A DNA stretch of 64,000 nt, taken from positions 124,001 through 188,000 of the forward strand of contig CAIWCD010000013.1 of NCBI GenBank assembly GCA_903911145.1, read 5' to 3'. The position numbers and the translations under genes are program-made. Positions within the stretch are counted from its first letter, which is position 1. Every line of letters begins with the position of its first letter. The stretch is from an uncultured delta proteobacterium (GTDB lineage: Bacteria > Myxococcota > Myxococcia > Myxococcales > 40CM-4-68-19). Below the pieces are notes generated by a model. The model saw only the letters and a program-made list of their open reading frames with translations, did not search any database and had not been told where the DNA came from. Positions 1 through 9,480 of the stretch are shown here, one piece after another.

Positions 1-592
1 CTTCCTCGTCCCCGGTCTGGTGATGCTGGGCCTCATCAACAACGCGTTCCTCAACACGTCGTCATCGCTCTTCATCATGAAGTTGCAGGGCACGATCATC
101 GATCTGCTCGTGACCCCGCTGGGCAATCTCGAGGTGCTCGCGGCCTTTCTCCTCGCGGCCTGCACGCGCGCGTTGATGGTCGGCGTGCTGACCTGGTTCA
201 CCGCCGCGCTCTTTGTTGGATTTGCATTGCCGCACCCGGGACTCGCCATCCTCGCGGCGCTGCTCGTCTCGCTCTCCTTCTCTGCGAGCGGCCTGATCGT
301 CGCGCTCTGGGCCGACAAGTTCGAGCAGGTCAACTTCATCCCGACCTTCGTCATCACGCCGCTGACCTTCCTCGGCGGCGTCTTCTACACGGGCTCAATG
401 CTGCCCCCGATGCTGCAGAAGGTATTGGCGGTCAATCCCATCTATTACATGATTGAATCGATGCGGTTCGCACTCCTCGGCCGCAGCGCCACGCCGCCAC
501 TGGTCGGCTTTTCACTCTTGTTCGCGCTCGCCGGGTCCGTGATCGGCGCGGCCTTCCTGCTGCTGCGCAGCGGATACAAACTACGCAGCTGA
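1..592 (+). CDS. ABC-2 type transporter permease (YadH-like), 5' truncated by the window
   Basis: Multi-TM protein with 'DLLVTPL', 'ITPLTFLGGVFY' and 'NPIYYMIESMR', ending 'GYKLRS', typical of YadH-family permeases. The frame is open from the window start. Confidence 0.85.
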   Translation, partial: FLVPGLVMLGLINNAFLNTSSSLFIMKLQGTIIDLLVTPLGNLEVLAAFLLAACTRALMVGVLTWFTAALFVGFALPHPGLAILAALLVSLSFSASGLIVALWADKFEQVNFIPTFVITPLTFLGGVFYTGSMLPPMLQKVLAVNPIYYMIESMRFALLGRSATPPLVGFSLLFALAGSVIGAAFLLLRSGYKLRS

Positions 593-637
593 TATCAACA
601 CTTCATATCGGGGCAATTCGCCGCTTCGCGACACTTC

Positions 638-666
638 TTGACACCGCGCGCCCCCCGCTCTACTCC
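638..666 (+). promoter_or_regulatory. putative sigma70-type promoter of sdhC
   Basis: TTGACA (638-643), 17-bp spacer, TACTCC (661-666). A GGAGG RBS lies just upstream of ATG 711. Confidence 0.5.
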
Positions 667-710
667 CTCGCGCGTTCACATTAAGTATTCCGATGTTCCG
701 GAGGACGACG

Positions 711-1403
711 ATGTCGACCGCCACCGCAACCGCCGAAGTCACGACGAAGACCACGCCCCACGATGCCGCCCGCGGATTTCTGCTCTCGCGCCTCGGCTCG
801 CTCTTCTCAATCCTGCCCCTCGGTGTCTGGACGCTGTTCCACCTCTGGAACAACCTCGCGAGCTACAGCGGCCCGCGCGTCTGGCAGCAGGAAGTGACCG
901 ACCACGGCAGCGATGCGTCGACGCTGCTCGTCTCGCTCCTCGTGCTCATCCCGCTCTTCTGGCACATGATCTGGGGAATCATGCGGATGGGTCGCAGCCA
1001 TCCTGAGTTGCGCATCGGCTGGTTCTCGAACGTCCGCTACATCGTGCAGCGCCTCTCGGCGCTCGGTCTGCTCGGCTTCCTCGGCGCGCACCTCTACCTC
1101 GCCTGGTTCTCGCCGCGCTTCATCGAGCACCGCGCGGAATCGTTCCGCGACATCGCCGCGCATATGCATCATCACCTGCCGACCACCATCGTCTATGCGC
1201 TCGGCATCCTCGCGGTCGCCTACCACCTCGCGAACGGCCTCTGGAGCTTCGCGATGGGCTGGGGCCTGACGGTCAGCCGCGCTTCGCAGAACTGGATGCA
1301 GACGGTGATGCTGATCCTGTTCGTCGTCTTCCTCGTCATCGGATGGGGCGCGGAGTACGGCCTCTACAGCGCCGGCGCGAGCTTCCCGGCGCCAATCGAG
1401 TAG
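711..1403 (+). CDS. sdhC: succinate dehydrogenase/fumarate reductase cytochrome b subunit (b558 type)
   Basis: About five TM helices with conserved haem-ligand His motifs (LFHLWNN, LFWH, GAHL, AYHLANGLWSF) and the 'QRLSALGLL' motif of Bacillus-type SdhC. Confidence 0.8.
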   Translation: MSTATATAEVTTKTTPHDAARGFLLSRLGSLFSILPLGVWTLFHLWNNLASYSGPRVWQQEVTDHGSDASTLLVSLLVLIPLFWHMIWGIMRMGRSHPELRIGWFSNVRYIVQRLSALGLLGFLGAHLYLAWFSPRFIEHRAESFRDIAAHMHHHLPTTIVYALGILAVAYHLANGLWSFAMGWGLTVSRASQNWMQTVMLILFVVFLVIGWGAEYGLYSAGASFPAPIE

Positions 1404-1423
1404 CTCTCGGACGGAGGCGCTCG

Positions 1424-1975
1424 TCAGTTCGGGAGTCGCGGGATGAACGCGCTCGCGATCGCGGCGCACTCCTCGGTCGCGAACTGGCCGTAGACTTCGA
1501 CCTGCGTCGTCGCGCTCGAGGTGATTTCGACGTCGAAGCTGCCCGTCAAAGCAAGCGCCGCCCCGCCGTCGAGCCCGTCGAGGGACGTGGAGCCCGAGTC
1601 GGCGAGATAGACGTCGATGGGAGATCCCGCGCTCGCAGAGACGAAGAGATCGACCTCGCTGCCCTCGGGTCCGACTGCGATGCTGCCAACGCTGCCGCGA
1701 GGGAAGAGCAGCGCGAGGATGACGAAGCCTTGCGGGGCGCTCTCGAAGAGATCCGGATGCGCACCGAGCATCGCGCAGAGCCCGGGTTCGTTCGAAAGCA
1801 GCACGACGCGGCGCTCGGTGCGGTTTCCATTCACGTCGACCACGACTGCGTCGCCGCTGATCGCCGAGCGGACGGTCGGGATCATCGCGTCGGGAACGCT
1901 TCCGCTGCCGAGCACACCGCCGACGACCCGATTCCCGGGCGCAGCACAGGCGACGGCGAACGCGGCGCAGAGCAT
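1424..1975 (-). CDS. hypothetical protein, probable lipoprotein
   Basis: Fills the gap between sdhC and holB. Lipobox-like 'FAVAC' followed by a beta-rich sequence. Start uncertain. Confidence 0.5.
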   Translation of the reverse strand: MLCAAFAVACAAPGNRVVGGVLGSGSVPDAMIPTVRSAISGDAVVVDVNGNRTERRVVLLSNEPGLCAMLGAHPDLFESAPQGFVILALLFPRGSVGSIAVGPEGSEVDLFVSASAGSPIDVYLADSGSTSLDGLDGGAALALTGSFDVEITSSATTQVEVYGQFATEECAAIASAFIPRLPN

Positions 1976-2087
1976 GCTGGGGATGGACCCGCGCAGACCG
2001 ACTCCCTGTTGAAGCAGCGCGTGACAGTAGCGCGAATTGGTGCGGAAGCGATTGCATGGGGAGCGCGAAAACCGTAGAGGAGCGCGC

Positions 2088-3131
2088 ATGCCTTGGGACG
2101 AGATCGCGGGCCAGGAGCGCGCTGTGCGGCTGATGCGGCGAGCCCTCGCCCGCAACCAGCTGCACCACGCCTATCTGCTCGTCGGTCCCGAAGGCGTAGG
2201 CAAGGAGCTGTTCGCCCGGCTTGCGGCGCAGGCGGCAAACTGCGAAGCGGGCGAGGCCGATGCGCGGCCGTGTGGAGTGTGCGGCGCTTGCGCGGCGATT
2301 CTGCGCGGGACGTTTCCGGATGTCTTCTGGACGCGGCCGCAGAGTGAACTCGTCAAGCGCGGGCTGGTGAACAAGGGCGATCTCGAGAACACGCCGTCTC
2401 GGGAAATTCGCGTCGATGAAGTGCGGCAACTCGCGCGGCGTCTTGCTTTCTCTCTCGTGCGCGGCCGTCGGAAGATCGCGATCATCGCGCCCGCCGAGAC
2501 GCTCAATGAGCGCGCCCAGAACGCGCTGCTCAAGACGCTCGAGGAGCCACCGCCCGACACGACGTTCTTTCTCATCACTTCGCAGCCTGACGAACTTCTA
2601 CCCACGGTGCGCTCACGCTGTGCGCGTCTGATGCTCGCGCCACTCGCGCAGGAGCTGATCGCGGCGCAACTGCAGAAGCGTGGCGTGGCCGCACTGGAAG
2701 CGCAAGCGAAGGCAGAGAGCGCCGATGGAAGCCTCGCGCGCGCGCTCGAGATGTCGGCAGAAGAGTTGTCTCGCCGCAGCGAACTCGCGGCGCGAATCGA
2801 GGCCGCGCTCGCCGCGCCGGACGAGCGGGATGCGCTCGATCTCGCAGAAGGCCTCGCTGAGCGAGACACAGCTGCCGAGCTGATCGAGGTGCTGCGCGAG
2901 AGGGCACGAACCACCTTGGTGTCAATTGCACACGAAGGGGGCGGACGCGACGCGGCGCCGCTGCTGCGCGAATACGATCTGTGCGGAGAGGTGGCCGCGG
3001 CGCTCGAGCGGAACGGCAATCCTCGCTTGCAACTCGAGCGGGTGCTGCTTGGCGCGCGCGCGATCCGCTCTCGCTCACGACCGACGACGAGCAGCGCGCA
3101 GGCCAGCACAGGAGCTGTTCATGGCCGCTGA
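2088..3131 (+). CDS. holB: DNA polymerase III delta-prime subunit
   Basis: 'HAYLLVGPEGVGK', Zn motif 'C...PCGVCGAC', 'AQNALLKTLEEPP' and 'TVRSRC' (SRC motif). GAGGAG RBS before ATG 2088. Confidence 0.92.
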   Translation: MPWDEIAGQERAVRLMRRALARNQLHHAYLLVGPEGVGKELFARLAAQAANCEAGEADARPCGVCGACAAILRGTFPDVFWTRPQSELVKRGLVNKGDLENTPSREIRVDEVRQLARRLAFSLVRGRRKIAIIAPAETLNERAQNALLKTLEEPPPDTTFFLITSQPDELLPTVRSRCARLMLAPLAQELIAAQLQKRGVAALEAQAKAESADGSLARALEMSAEELSRRSELAARIEAALAAPDERDALDLAEGLAERDTAAELIEVLRERARTTLVSIAHEGGGRDAAPLLREYDLCGEVAAALERNGNPRLQLERVLLGARAIRSRSRPTTSSAQASTGAVHGR

Positions 3132-4470
3132 GTTCAGCACGCTTCTCGAGGAGGCCGCGGCAGGAAAAGGGCGGCCCATCTATCTCGTCGAGGGCGATGA
3201 ATATCTGGCGCGGAGCGCGGCGCGGGAGCTGGCCGAGGCGCTCGTGCCCGAGAAGGATCGCGCGCTCAATCTGATCGTGATCGATGCAGCCGGAGGTGCG
3301 CGAGAAATCGCGCAGCACCTCGTGACGATCGCGATGTTTCCCGCGCCGAAAGCGGTCGTCGTCGAGGGAGCCGAGGCGCTCGACGAGGAGGTCGATGCCG
3401 AGCGCGAGCTCTCCCGCGCGCGCGATCTCTGGCAGGGGAAGCGGCAGCGAGACGGTGCCCGCAGACTGCTCAAGCTGGTGCGTCGCGCGGGCTGGGGCGC
3501 GGTCGAGATCGCGTTCGGCACCAAGGGCGCGCAGTCGGCGGCGAAGTGGCGCAAGGAGATCGGCGCGGCGCCGGAGGATGGAGACAAGGCGTGGCTGCAG
3601 GAGCTCTCGGGCTACGCGACCGCGCAGAAGATCCAGGCTCCTCCCGAGGACGTCGACACTCTCGTGCGTGCGCTCGATCGCGGCCTGCCTCCGAAGACGC
3701 ATCTGGTGCTGGTCGCCGAGAAGCTCGGCGCGCGCCACCCGCTCTCGCGCGCGATCGAGCAGCACGGTGTCACCATCTCGCGCAAGGCCGAGCGGCGCGG
3801 GCGCGGCATCGAGACGCTCGACATTGCGACGCTCGTCGAACACGAACTCGGCCCGCTGAAGAAGAAACTCGCGCGCGACGCGGAGCTCGAGCTGAAGAAT
3901 CGGCTCGGCGACGATCTGCGCCTCATCGCGGTCGAGTTGCAGAAGCTCGCCAACTACGCCGGAGAGAAGCCGCAGATCACGCGCGCGGACGTCGAGGCGA
4001 TCGTCGCGCCCGTGCGCGAAGAGGAGTTCTTTGCTCTCGGCGAAGCGGTCGGCGAGGGAGATCTCGCGCGGGCACTTCAGCTGTTTCGCGATGAGCTGCG
4101 ACGCAAGAACAATGCGAGCGCGGTCGCCCTGCCCTTCCTCGGCGGAATCGCCTCCTCGGTGCGCAAGCTGCTCTACGATCGAGCGCGCTACGAAGCGCTC
4201 GACGCGATGGGCCCGCGCGAGCTCGCGTATGACGAATTCCAGCGCCGTCTCTTTCCCGCTGTCGAGGGAGAGTGCAAGGCAAAGGGGCAGAAAGTTCCGA
4301 ACCCGTATGGCTCGTGGCTCAACTACAAGCGTGCGCGCCGCCGATCACGTCCGCAGCTGAGACGCGCGCTCATCCTCTGCGCCGAGGCGGACGCCGCGGT
4401 GAAGCACGGCGCCGATCCTGAACTGCTCATCGAGCGGCTACTCCTCGATGTCTGCCCCCGCGCCAACTGA
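3121..4470 (+). CDS. holA: DNA polymerase III delta subunit
   Basis: 'PIYLVEGDEYL' N-terminus, 'ELQKLANYAG..ITRADVEAIV' and C-terminal 'AEADAAVKHG...LLIERLLL'. Overlaps the holB stop. Confidence 0.8.
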   Translation: MAAEFSTLLEEAAAGKGRPIYLVEGDEYLARSAARELAEALVPEKDRALNLIVIDAAGGAREIAQHLVTIAMFPAPKAVVVEGAEALDEEVDAERELSRARDLWQGKRQRDGARRLLKLVRRAGWGAVEIAFGTKGAQSAAKWRKEIGAAPEDGDKAWLQELSGYATAQKIQAPPEDVDTLVRALDRGLPPKTHLVLVAEKLGARHPLSRAIEQHGVTISRKAERRGRGIETLDIATLVEHELGPLKKKLARDAELELKNRLGDDLRLIAVELQKLANYAGEKPQITRADVEAIVAPVREEEFFALGEAVGEGDLARALQLFRDELRRKNNASAVALPFLGGIASSVRKLLYDRARYEALDAMGPRELAYDEFQRRLFPAVEGECKAKGQKVPNPYGSWLNYKRARRRSRPQLRRALILCAEADAAVKHGADPELLIERLLLDVCPRAN

Positions 4471-4490
4471 CGCATCGACTCCGCAGCTCC

Positions 4491-4518
4491 CCAACGACCA
4501 AACTCCAAAGTCCAATGC
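4491..4518 (+). repeat. short tandem heptamer repeat CCAAnnn x4 ahead of metG
   Basis: CCAACGA CCAAACT CCAAAGT CCAATGC, the last unit overlapping the metG ATG. Confidence 0.5.
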
Positions 4519-6722
4519 GCAAACAACTTGTCACCATGGCGCTGCCGTATGCGAACGGCAGCATCCACCTTGGCCACCTCGTCGAAGCGGTGCAGACCGA
4601 CATCTATGTCCGCGCGCTCAAGGCGATGGGCGAGGACGTCATCTACGTCTGCGCCGACGACACGCACGGCACGCCCATCGAGGTGAATGCGGCGAAAGCA
4701 GGCATCGCGCCTGAGCAGTTCGTCGCGCGGTTTCACGAAGAGCATCTTCGCGACTACACCGCGTTCGAGATCGCGTTCGACGAGTTCTATACGACCCACT
4801 CGCCCGAAAATGAGCGGCACGCGGGCGCCTTCTTCGCCAGGCTCACGTCGAACGGCGACATCGAGCAGCGGCAGGTGGAGCAGCTCTACTGCGAGGTCGA
4901 CAAGCGGTTCCTTCCTGATCGCTTCGTTCGCGGCGCGTGCCCGAAGTGCGGCGCGATCGAGCAGTACGGAGACGGCTGCGAGAAGTGCGGCAGCACCTAC
5001 GAGACGACGGAGCTGAAGGGGCCGTACTGCTCGATCTGCAAGGAGCAGGGCCGCGGAGAAGTCGCGCCCGTGCGGCGAAGCAGCAACCACTACTTCGTGC
5101 GGCTCGCGAACTACCAGTCGTTCCTCGAGCAGTGGACCAGGAGCCCCGGCACGCTGCAGCCCGAGATCGCCCGCTCGCTGGAGAAGTGGCTCGGCGAGCC
5201 GCTGAAAGACTGGGACATCTCGCGCGACGCGCCCTACTTCGGCTTCAAGATCCCGGGAGAGGACGCGAAGTATTTCTACGTCTGGCTCGACGCGCCGATC
5301 GGATACTTGAGCAGCACCGATCGTTGGTGTTCAAAGCATCTTCTCTCGCCCGCACGCACTGTCGACGACTACTGGGCCGAGAACGCCGATGCCGACATCA
5401 CGCACTTCATCGGCAAGGACATCGTCTACTTCCACACGCTCTTCTGGCCCGCGATGCTCAAGGCCGCGCGCCGCAAGGTCCCCCGGCATGTGCACGTGCA
5501 CGGAATGCTCACGGTCGAGGGGACAAAGATGAGCAAGTCGCGCGGCACGTTCATCAACGCGCGCGAATATCTCGACGCAGGCTTCGACGTGGAGTGGCTG
5601 CGCTACTTCTACGCGGGTAACCTCGGGCCGCATCCGAGCGACATCGATCTCTCGCTCAACGAGCTGAAGAACCGCGTCAACGGCGAGCTGCTCAACAACG
5701 TCGGCAACCTCGCCAACCGCGCGCTCTCCGTGCTCTGGAAGAGTTTTGGCGGGAAGCTCGCATCTCTCGACGGATGGAGGGGCGACGCAGCAACTCACCT
5801 CGCTAAATATCCTGTCGGCACACGCGCGAGCGCGGCGGAGCTTTGGGAAGACGCGAGCAAGCTCGAAGAGTCGATCCGCGATGCTTATCGCGCTTGCGAT
5901 ACGCGAATGGTGATTCAGCAGGTCTTGACGATCGGCTCGAAAGCAAACGAACGGCTCCAGACGGTGCAACCGTGGAAGCTGCTGAAAGACAATCCCGATG
6001 AAGCGCAGCGTGAGCTCACGTTCGCGATCAACATTGCCCGCACGTGCGCGCGCTGGCTCGCGCCGATCGTGCCCGCGTTCGCGAAGGGGATCGAGCAGCA
6101 GACGGCCGCACCGCTGCTGAAATGGAACGACGACGCGCGCTGGACGTTCCACGACACCGGCACGATCAACGAGCCCCAGCCGCTCGTGCGGCGCGTGGAG
6201 GAAGCGGAGTTGGCGAAGTTCGCGAGCCGCTTCGTGCCCGCCGAGGCCGCGTCCGTGGAGGGTGCAAAGCCAACAAAGAGCGCGCAGGGAAAGAAGGAGT
6301 CGACTGGCGCAGCGACGCTCTCGACCACGCCAGGAGCGGCCCAGCAGATCACAGCAACATCCGCAGCGACGTCAGCGCAGCCCTCAGGCGGCAGCGAGAT
6401 CGGCATCGAGCAGTTTGCACTTGTCGACTTGCGCGCGGGCAAGGTGCTCGCGTGCGAACCGGTGCCCAAAGCGGACAAACTGCTCAAGCTCACTGTCGAT
6501 CTCGGCGAGGCCGCGCCGCGCACCATCGTCAGCGGGATCGCGCTGCACTACGCGCCCGAGGAACTGATCGGCAAGACGGTCGCCGTCGTCGCGAACCTCG
6601 CCAAGAAGGCACTGCGCGGGATCGAGTCGCACGGGATGGTGCTGGCCGCGTCGGGAGGCGCGAAGGGACTCACGGTCGTCGAACTGCCGGGCGATGTCGC
6701 GCCGGGCGCGCGGGTGAAGTGA
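4515..6722 (+). CDS. metG: methionine--tRNA ligase with C-terminal tRNA-binding (Trbp111-like) domain
   Basis: 'ALPYANGSIHLGH' (HIGH), KMSKS, Zn knuckles, 'YVWLDAPIGY' and a C-terminal OB fold 'DLRAGKV...ADKLLKLTVDLG...ESHGMVL'. Confidence 0.97.
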   Translation: MRKQLVTMALPYANGSIHLGHLVEAVQTDIYVRALKAMGEDVIYVCADDTHGTPIEVNAAKAGIAPEQFVARFHEEHLRDYTAFEIAFDEFYTTHSPENERHAGAFFARLTSNGDIEQRQVEQLYCEVDKRFLPDRFVRGACPKCGAIEQYGDGCEKCGSTYETTELKGPYCSICKEQGRGEVAPVRRSSNHYFVRLANYQSFLEQWTRSPGTLQPEIARSLEKWLGEPLKDWDISRDAPYFGFKIPGEDAKYFYVWLDAPIGYLSSTDRWCSKHLLSPARTVDDYWAENADADITHFIGKDIVYFHTLFWPAMLKAARRKVPRHVHVHGMLTVEGTKMSKSRGTFINAREYLDAGFDVEWLRYFYAGNLGPHPSDIDLSLNELKNRVNGELLNNVGNLANRALSVLWKSFGGKLASLDGWRGDAATHLAKYPVGTRASAAELWEDASKLEESIRDAYRACDTRMVIQQVLTIGSKANERLQTVQPWKLLKDNPDEAQRELTFAINIARTCARWLAPIVPAFAKGIEQQTAAPLLKWNDDARWTFHDTGTINEPQPLVRRVEEAELAKFASRFVPAEAASVEGAKPTKSAQGKKESTGAATLSTTPGAAQQITATSAATSAQPSGGSEIGIEQFALVDLRAGKVLACEPVPKADKLLKLTVDLGEAAPRTIVSGIALHYAPEELIGKTVAVVANLAKKALRGIESHGMVLAASGGAKGLTVVELPGDVAPGARVK

Positions 6723-7861
6723 TGGGCCTCCTCTCCTGGTTGCGCGGCGGCAAGAAGGACGATGCCGCAGATGCTTTGAGTGCCAATCATCGGAACACCA
6801 ACGATTCGCCTGCCGCACGGGATCCCGCGAGCGACGACGAACTTCCGGGCGAGAGCGTCGAGACGCTCAGCGCGATGCTCGACTCCCCGCGAGGCGCGGC
6901 CCGTGTCGATGCGGCGCGCGCGCTCCTCGATCGCTGGCGCAACGCAGATCTGGCGGCGGCCAGTTCGCTCGCACCGCGCCTCGACCGGCTGCTCGACGAC
7001 AGCGAGCCGATGGTGCGCCAGACCGCTCTGGCAGCGGTCCGGATGATGCACAAGCCCGAGAACCTCGCGCGCGTTCAGTCTGGTGTTCTCGCCCGCTTGA
7101 GCGATCCCGCAGCGCCCGTGCGCACTGCCGCGATCTGGGCGGCAACGCATCTGCCCGGAGACGTCGCGCGCACGCAGGTCCGCGCCCAGCTTGAATCGCG
7201 CGAGGAGCCGATGCGCTTCTCGGCGGCCTGCGCGCTGGCAGACAAGCAGGATCCGTCATCGCTCCCGGTGCTGCTCGCGACGCTTGCGCAGGAACATCTG
7301 CGCCAGGAGGCGCTCTCGGCACTGATGGCGCTCGGCGATGCAGCAGCCGTGTCCCCGATCGGTGAGCTGTTCGAGAGCGATCGATTGGGCGCGTTCGACC
7401 GGACGCTCTGCGCCGCGGCACTCGCGCGTTTCGCCGATTCTCGAGGCGCTGCGCACCTCATCTCGCGCATCGAAGCGGACGAAGACGATCGCCCGATCGC
7501 TGCCGAGTGGGCGGGCCGATTGGGTGTGCAGGCTGCCAGTGACGCACTGTTCGCGCTCTGCGACGAGGAAGGCTCGGCCGCGCGGGGAGCCGCTCTGCGC
7601 GCGATCGGGCGATTGCGGGCACCGGGCGCGGAGGACAAGTTGAGCGCGCTCGTGAACGATCGGGATGCCGCGGAGGACCTGCGTATGGACGCCGCTGAAG
7701 GCCTCGCCGAAATCGGTTCACCGACTGCTCGCGCCACGCTCCAGACACTCGCCACCGACGAGAGCGAACTCGGCACGGTCTGCTCGGGCCTGCTCGCAGA
7801 GCTGGCCAACGCCGACGCGCGGGCCGCAGAAGCGAACCGCGCGGAATCCAGCGGCTCATGA
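6722..7861 (+). CDS. HEAT/PBS-lyase repeat protein
   Basis: Repeated 'D....VR..A..AL' helical units. The ATG overlaps the metG TGA. Confidence 0.8.
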   Translation: MGLLSWLRGGKKDDAADALSANHRNTNDSPAARDPASDDELPGESVETLSAMLDSPRGAARVDAARALLDRWRNADLAAASSLAPRLDRLLDDSEPMVRQTALAAVRMMHKPENLARVQSGVLARLSDPAAPVRTAAIWAATHLPGDVARTQVRAQLESREEPMRFSAACALADKQDPSSLPVLLATLAQEHLRQEALSALMALGDAAAVSPIGELFESDRLGAFDRTLCAAALARFADSRGAAHLISRIEADEDDRPIAAEWAGRLGVQAASDALFALCDEEGSAARGAALRAIGRLRAPGAEDKLSALVNDRDAAEDLRMDAAEGLAEIGSPTARATLQTLATDESELGTVCSGLLAELANADARAAEANRAESSGS

Positions 7862-7868
7862 GGGACGC

Positions 7869-8672
7869 ATGTCGCTGATCGACTCCCACTGTCATCTCGA
7901 TGCGGAGACGTACGGTACGGCGCGCGACGAGGTGATCGCGCGTGCGCAGGCTGCGGACCTTTCTCGGATGGTCGTCATCGGCCAGTGGGCTGCGCCACGC
8001 AATGATGCGGAGGATGGCCTCTGGAGCGCACGCGAGACGCTTGCTCTCGCGCGGTCGAACCCCTCACTTTTCTCCGCGACGGCCGGAGTCCACCCGCACG
8101 ACGCGGCCTTCGCAACTGCCGTTGACTGGGCAGAGCTTGCGCGCCTCTGTGCCGAGCCCGATCTCGTTGCGGTCGGCGAGTGTGGTCTCGACTTCCATTA
8201 CGACCGCTCTCCGCGCGACTCGCAGCGCGAACAGTTTGTGCACCAACTGAAATTGGCGAAGGCGCTCAACAAGCCGGTCGTGGTGCACAGCCGCGAGGCC
8301 GATGCCGAGACCGCCGAGATCCTTCGCGCTCATCTCGGACCTGCAGGCGGCGTCATCCACTGCTTCACCAGCGACTGGCCCGCCGCGCGTGCCTATCTCG
8401 ATCTCGGCCTGCACATCTCGCTGTCGGGGGTGATCACCTTCAAGAGCGCCGAAGCCACGCGGGACGCGGCCGCGCGCATTCCTCTCGATCGTTTGATGGT
8501 CGAAACCGACGCGCCATTCCTCGCGCCGATCCCCTTTCGTGGGAAGCGCAACGAGCCTGCATTGGTCGTGCATACCGCGCGCAAGCTCGCCGAGATCCGC
8601 GGTGTGCCGCTTGAGGTCATTTCCGAAGCGACGAGTGCGAATGCACGCCGCGCGCTGCGGCTGCCCGCGTAG
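7869..8672 (+). CDS. tatD: TatD family nuclease/hydrolase
   Basis: 'IDSHCHL', 'GVHPH', 'VGECGLDF', 'VVHSREA', 'VIHCFT', 'ETDAPFL' and 'RNEP'. Confidence 0.95.
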   Translation: MSLIDSHCHLDAETYGTARDEVIARAQAADLSRMVVIGQWAAPRNDAEDGLWSARETLALARSNPSLFSATAGVHPHDAAFATAVDWAELARLCAEPDLVAVGECGLDFHYDRSPRDSQREQFVHQLKLAKALNKPVVVHSREADAETAEILRAHLGPAGGVIHCFTSDWPAARAYLDLGLHISLSGVITFKSAEATRDAAARIPLDRLMVETDAPFLAPIPFRGKRNEPALVVHTARKLAEIRGVPLEVISEATSANARRALRLPA

Positions 8673-8684
8673 CTGCGAGCCGCG

Positions 8685-9413
8685 TCAACTCTCCCAGCTC
8701 GCCCACTCGTCGCCGAGTTGCTCCTCTTTCTCGTCGGTCTTCCACCGGCCCTTCCATTCGACCACTTCCCAGCCGCGCCGAATCGCCTCCGCGCGAAACG
8801 CAGGCTTCGGATTGATCACCACCGGGTGCCCGACCTCCTCGAAGAGCGGCGTATCGGCGACGCTGTCCGAGTAGAGATAGCAGCGCGAAACGTCGATCTG
8901 GTGGCGCGCGAGAACCTCCTTCACGCGCTCTCTCTTGCCCTCGCGGAACACCAGCGGCATCACCAGTTCCTCGCTCGAGAAGCCGTCCTTGATCAGCGCG
9001 CGCGTACCCACTGTCTCGTGCGCGTGGAGGAATCTCCCGACCTCGTCGATGATCGCCTGCGGTGAGCCCGACGCGACAACGACGAGGTGTCCCTGCAGCA
9101 GATGCTTGCGCACCGTGCGCAACCCCGCCTGCGTGACCCGCTTCTTGATGTGACGCTCAAAACATTTCTCGGCCAGCTCACGAAGCCGGTCGGCGCGCAG
9201 CCCCTGCAGGCAACGACTCCCGAGCGCAACCATGTCGGCCTCGCTCAGCCGTTTGCGCGCGTAATCATAGAGCGCGCGCGGCACCTGCCCGCGGATCCCC
9301 GCCGACATCTCGCGGTTCGAATAGAGATACCAGGTGAAGATCGTGCCCGCGTTGCCGTCGAGCAGCGAGTCGTCGATGTCGAAGATGGCCGCGGTTCGCT
9401 GGAAAGCTTGCAC
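8685..9413 (-). CDS. HAD-IB family hydrolase (SerB-like phosphatase)
   Basis: Motif I 'FDIDDSL', motif II 'ASGS', motif III K ('EGK') and motif IV 'YSDSVADTPL'. The GTG start at 9413 is chosen from a TAAGGT -10 box 7 nt upstream. Confidence 0.85.
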   Translation of the reverse strand: MQAFQRTAAIFDIDDSLLDGNAGTIFTWYLYSNREMSAGIRGQVPRALYDYARKRLSEADMVALGSRCLQGLRADRLRELAEKCFERHIKKRVTQAGLRTVRKHLLQGHLVVVASGSPQAIIDEVGRFLHAHETVGTRALIKDGFSSEELVMPLVFREGKRERVKEVLARHQIDVSRCYLYSDSVADTPLFEEVGHPVVINPKPAFRAEAIRRGWEVVEWKGRWKTDEKEEQLGDEWASWES

Positions 9414-9480
9414 GCCGAAGACCTTACCAAACGGCGCGCCGATTTTTGACAACCGTCGAACGCACCCGCAACATCAAGGC

